Shown: positions 63,106 through 64,000 of the stretch, one piece after another
Layout of the letters: every line of letters begins with the position of its first letter
How positions within the stretch are numbered: position 1 is the stretch's first letter
Made by a program: the position numbers and the translations under genes
From: Fidelibacterota bacterium
GTDB taxonomy: Bacteria > Fidelibacterota > Marinisomatia > Marinisomatales > Marinisomataceae
NCBI GenBank assembly: GCA_017856055.1
Contig: JAFMFP010000001.1
Location: 17,237 to 81,236 of the forward strand
DNA length: 64,000 nucleotides
Direction: 5' to 3'
The notes under the pieces: model-generated
The model's database searches: none
What the model was told of the DNA's origin: nothing
What the model saw: only the letters and a program-made list of their open reading frames with translations

Positions 63106-63303
63106 TTATTGACTGCTATATTTAGCCAGACGAACTGCTCTGCGAATGGTTTGTTTTTTAGCAATCCTTTTAGTCACACTTGGCTTTTCGTAAAAAGCTT
63201 TTCTTTTTACATCTTTTAAAACACCTGATCTTTCCCATTTCTTCTTAAAACGTCTTAGGGCTTTTTCAAGTGATTCATTATCTTTTATATTTACTTGTAT
63301 CAT
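63106..63303 (-). CDS. rpsU: 30S ribosomal protein S21
   Basis: 65 aa from the ATG at 63303: MIQVNIKDNESLEKALRRFKKKWERSGVLKDVKRKAFYEKPSVTKR... The longer track ORF (to 63438) overlaps rsmA and is not credible. Confidence 0.9.
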   Translation of the reverse strand: MIQVNIKDNESLEKALRRFKKKWERSGVLKDVKRKAFYEKPSVTKRIAKKQTIRRAVRLAKYSSQ

Positions 63304-63309
63304 CGTGCG

Positions 63310-63340
63310 CAAACTTAGTGAAAAAAACTTAAAATGCAAA
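63310..63340 (-). promoter_or_regulatory. candidate FCB/Bacteroidetes-type promoter upstream of rpsU
   Basis: On the minus strand: TTTG, a 19-nt spacer, then TAAGTTTG (matching TAnnTTTG). The motif ends 6 nt before the rpsU ATG and lies inside the 46-nt rsmA-rpsU spacer. Confidence 0.4.
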
Positions 63341-63349
63341 TTAATCTGA

Positions 63350-64000
63350 TTATAATATTTTTGATAAAAAAATAAACTCTTCCACCGAAAGATCTTCAGG
63401 TCTTTTTGTGAAATCAAATTCTTGAGAATTCTTCTCATTTAATAATGTGGATAAAGAATTTCGTAACATTTTTCTTCTTTGATTAAATGCTAATCGCGCT
63501 ATTTGACTATATTTTTTTAAATCTAAATTTAAAGGAACTTCCTTTTGCTTAATCTCGATAAATGAAGAATTCACTTTTGGTCTCGGATGAAAAACGTTTG
63601 GAGAGATATTAAAACATCTTTTTATATTAAAATGTAAATTAGTCATTACAGTTATTCTGCTATATGATTTCGTTTTAGGTTTTGCGATTAATCTATCGGC
63701 ATATTCTTTTTGAACCATTAGATATGAATTCTTCCAATGAACTTTATGATCAATAAGCCAAAAAATAATTGGAGATGTAATATTATAAGGGATATTCCCA
63801 ATAACAACTAGCTGCCCATTGGATGTTAATTCATCAGGATTGGTAGTTAAAATATCCTGATTAAGAATCTTAATGTCATTGAAAAGTTTGTTCTCTTTAA
63901 GTGAAGAGAATAATCCTGGGTCAATTTCAACCAATGTGAGATTTTTAGTTTTTTGAATAATCTTCTCTGTTAGCGCGCCTTGGCCAGGGCCAATTTCAAG
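63350..64000 (-). CDS. rsmA: 16S rRNA (adenine1518/1519-N6)-dimethyltransferase RsmA/KsgA, partial: N-terminus runs off the window
   Basis: The frame stays open to position 64000. My translation of 64000-63935 gives LEIGPGQGALTEKIIQKTKNLT (SAM-binding motif), followed by GNIPYNITSPI. The track ORF begins at an internal TTG. Confidence 0.9.
   Translation of the reverse strand, partial: LEIGPGQGALTEKIIQKTKNLTLVEIDPGLFSSLKENKLFNDIKILNQDILTTNPDELTSNGQLVVIGNIPYNITSPIIFWLIDHKVHWKNSYLMVQKEYADRLIAKPKTKSYSRITVMTNLHFNIKRCFNISPNVFHPRPKVNSSFIEIKQKEVPLNLDLKKYSQIARLAFNQRRKMLRNSLSTLLNEKNSQEFDFTKRPEDLSVEEFIFLSKIL

Noticed and set aside
63304-63438. An N-terminal extension of the rpsU ORF, giving 110 aa in the track.
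   Set aside because: The extension overlaps the 3' end of rsmA and has non-protein-like composition. Conserved S21 sequence begins at the internal ATG (63303), giving the expected size of about 65 aa.

Overview
This is a visibly AT-rich, very gene-dense bacterial chromosome segment. By my coordinates only about 1 kb of the 64 kb lies outside called genes. Same-strand overlaps are common, with recurrent ATGA and ATGAGTAA stop/start junctions. The ORF track also counts TTG and GTG as starts, so several 5' ends are uncertain by a few codons.

The content is almost entirely core housekeeping:
- partial Cys/Met PLP enzyme, secA, nusB, leucine dehydrogenase, phoH, aspS
- a complete F1Fo ATP synthase operon (atpB-E-F-H-A-G-D-C)
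- a bactofilin + M23 peptidase pair directly behind parAB
- tdh-kbl, secDF, tRNA-Arg(TCT), tRNA-Asn(GTT)
- a nucleotidyltransferase/HIT/Na+-solute symporter operon, bcp, tgt
- a 1037-aa peptidase/PD40/Omp85-like outer-membrane protein
- lpxH, argF, the conserved rpoN-lptB-lptC-kdsC-kdsA-kdsB block, gatC
- a MacAB-TolC-type efflux operon, a CCA-adding enzyme, a GT2 + DUF2723(TPR) glycosylation pair
- recG, valS, a phosphohexomutase, rpsU and partial rsmA

The organism is diderm (Kdo/LPS, TolC and Omp85-like genes). Several features point to a streamlined FCB-superphylum-like, possibly marine, lineage: a short ATP synthase epsilon, DUF2723/DUF4835/DUF4139 proteins, SbsA-type Ig lipoproteins, and one TTTG-N19-TAnnTTTG promoter. 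This placement is an inference, not verified.

I saw no transposase, integrase, phage gene, CRISPR array or recognisable defence gene. I did not find a convincing self-contained novel system. The best leads are:
1. an orphan, apparently highly expressed 75-aa tandem-repeat basic protein
2. the GT2/DUF2723-TPR pair, a putative envelope glycosylation module with unknown acceptor
3. the parAB/M23/bactofilin array
4. the nucleotidyltransferase/88-aa/HIT/small-membrane/symporter operon
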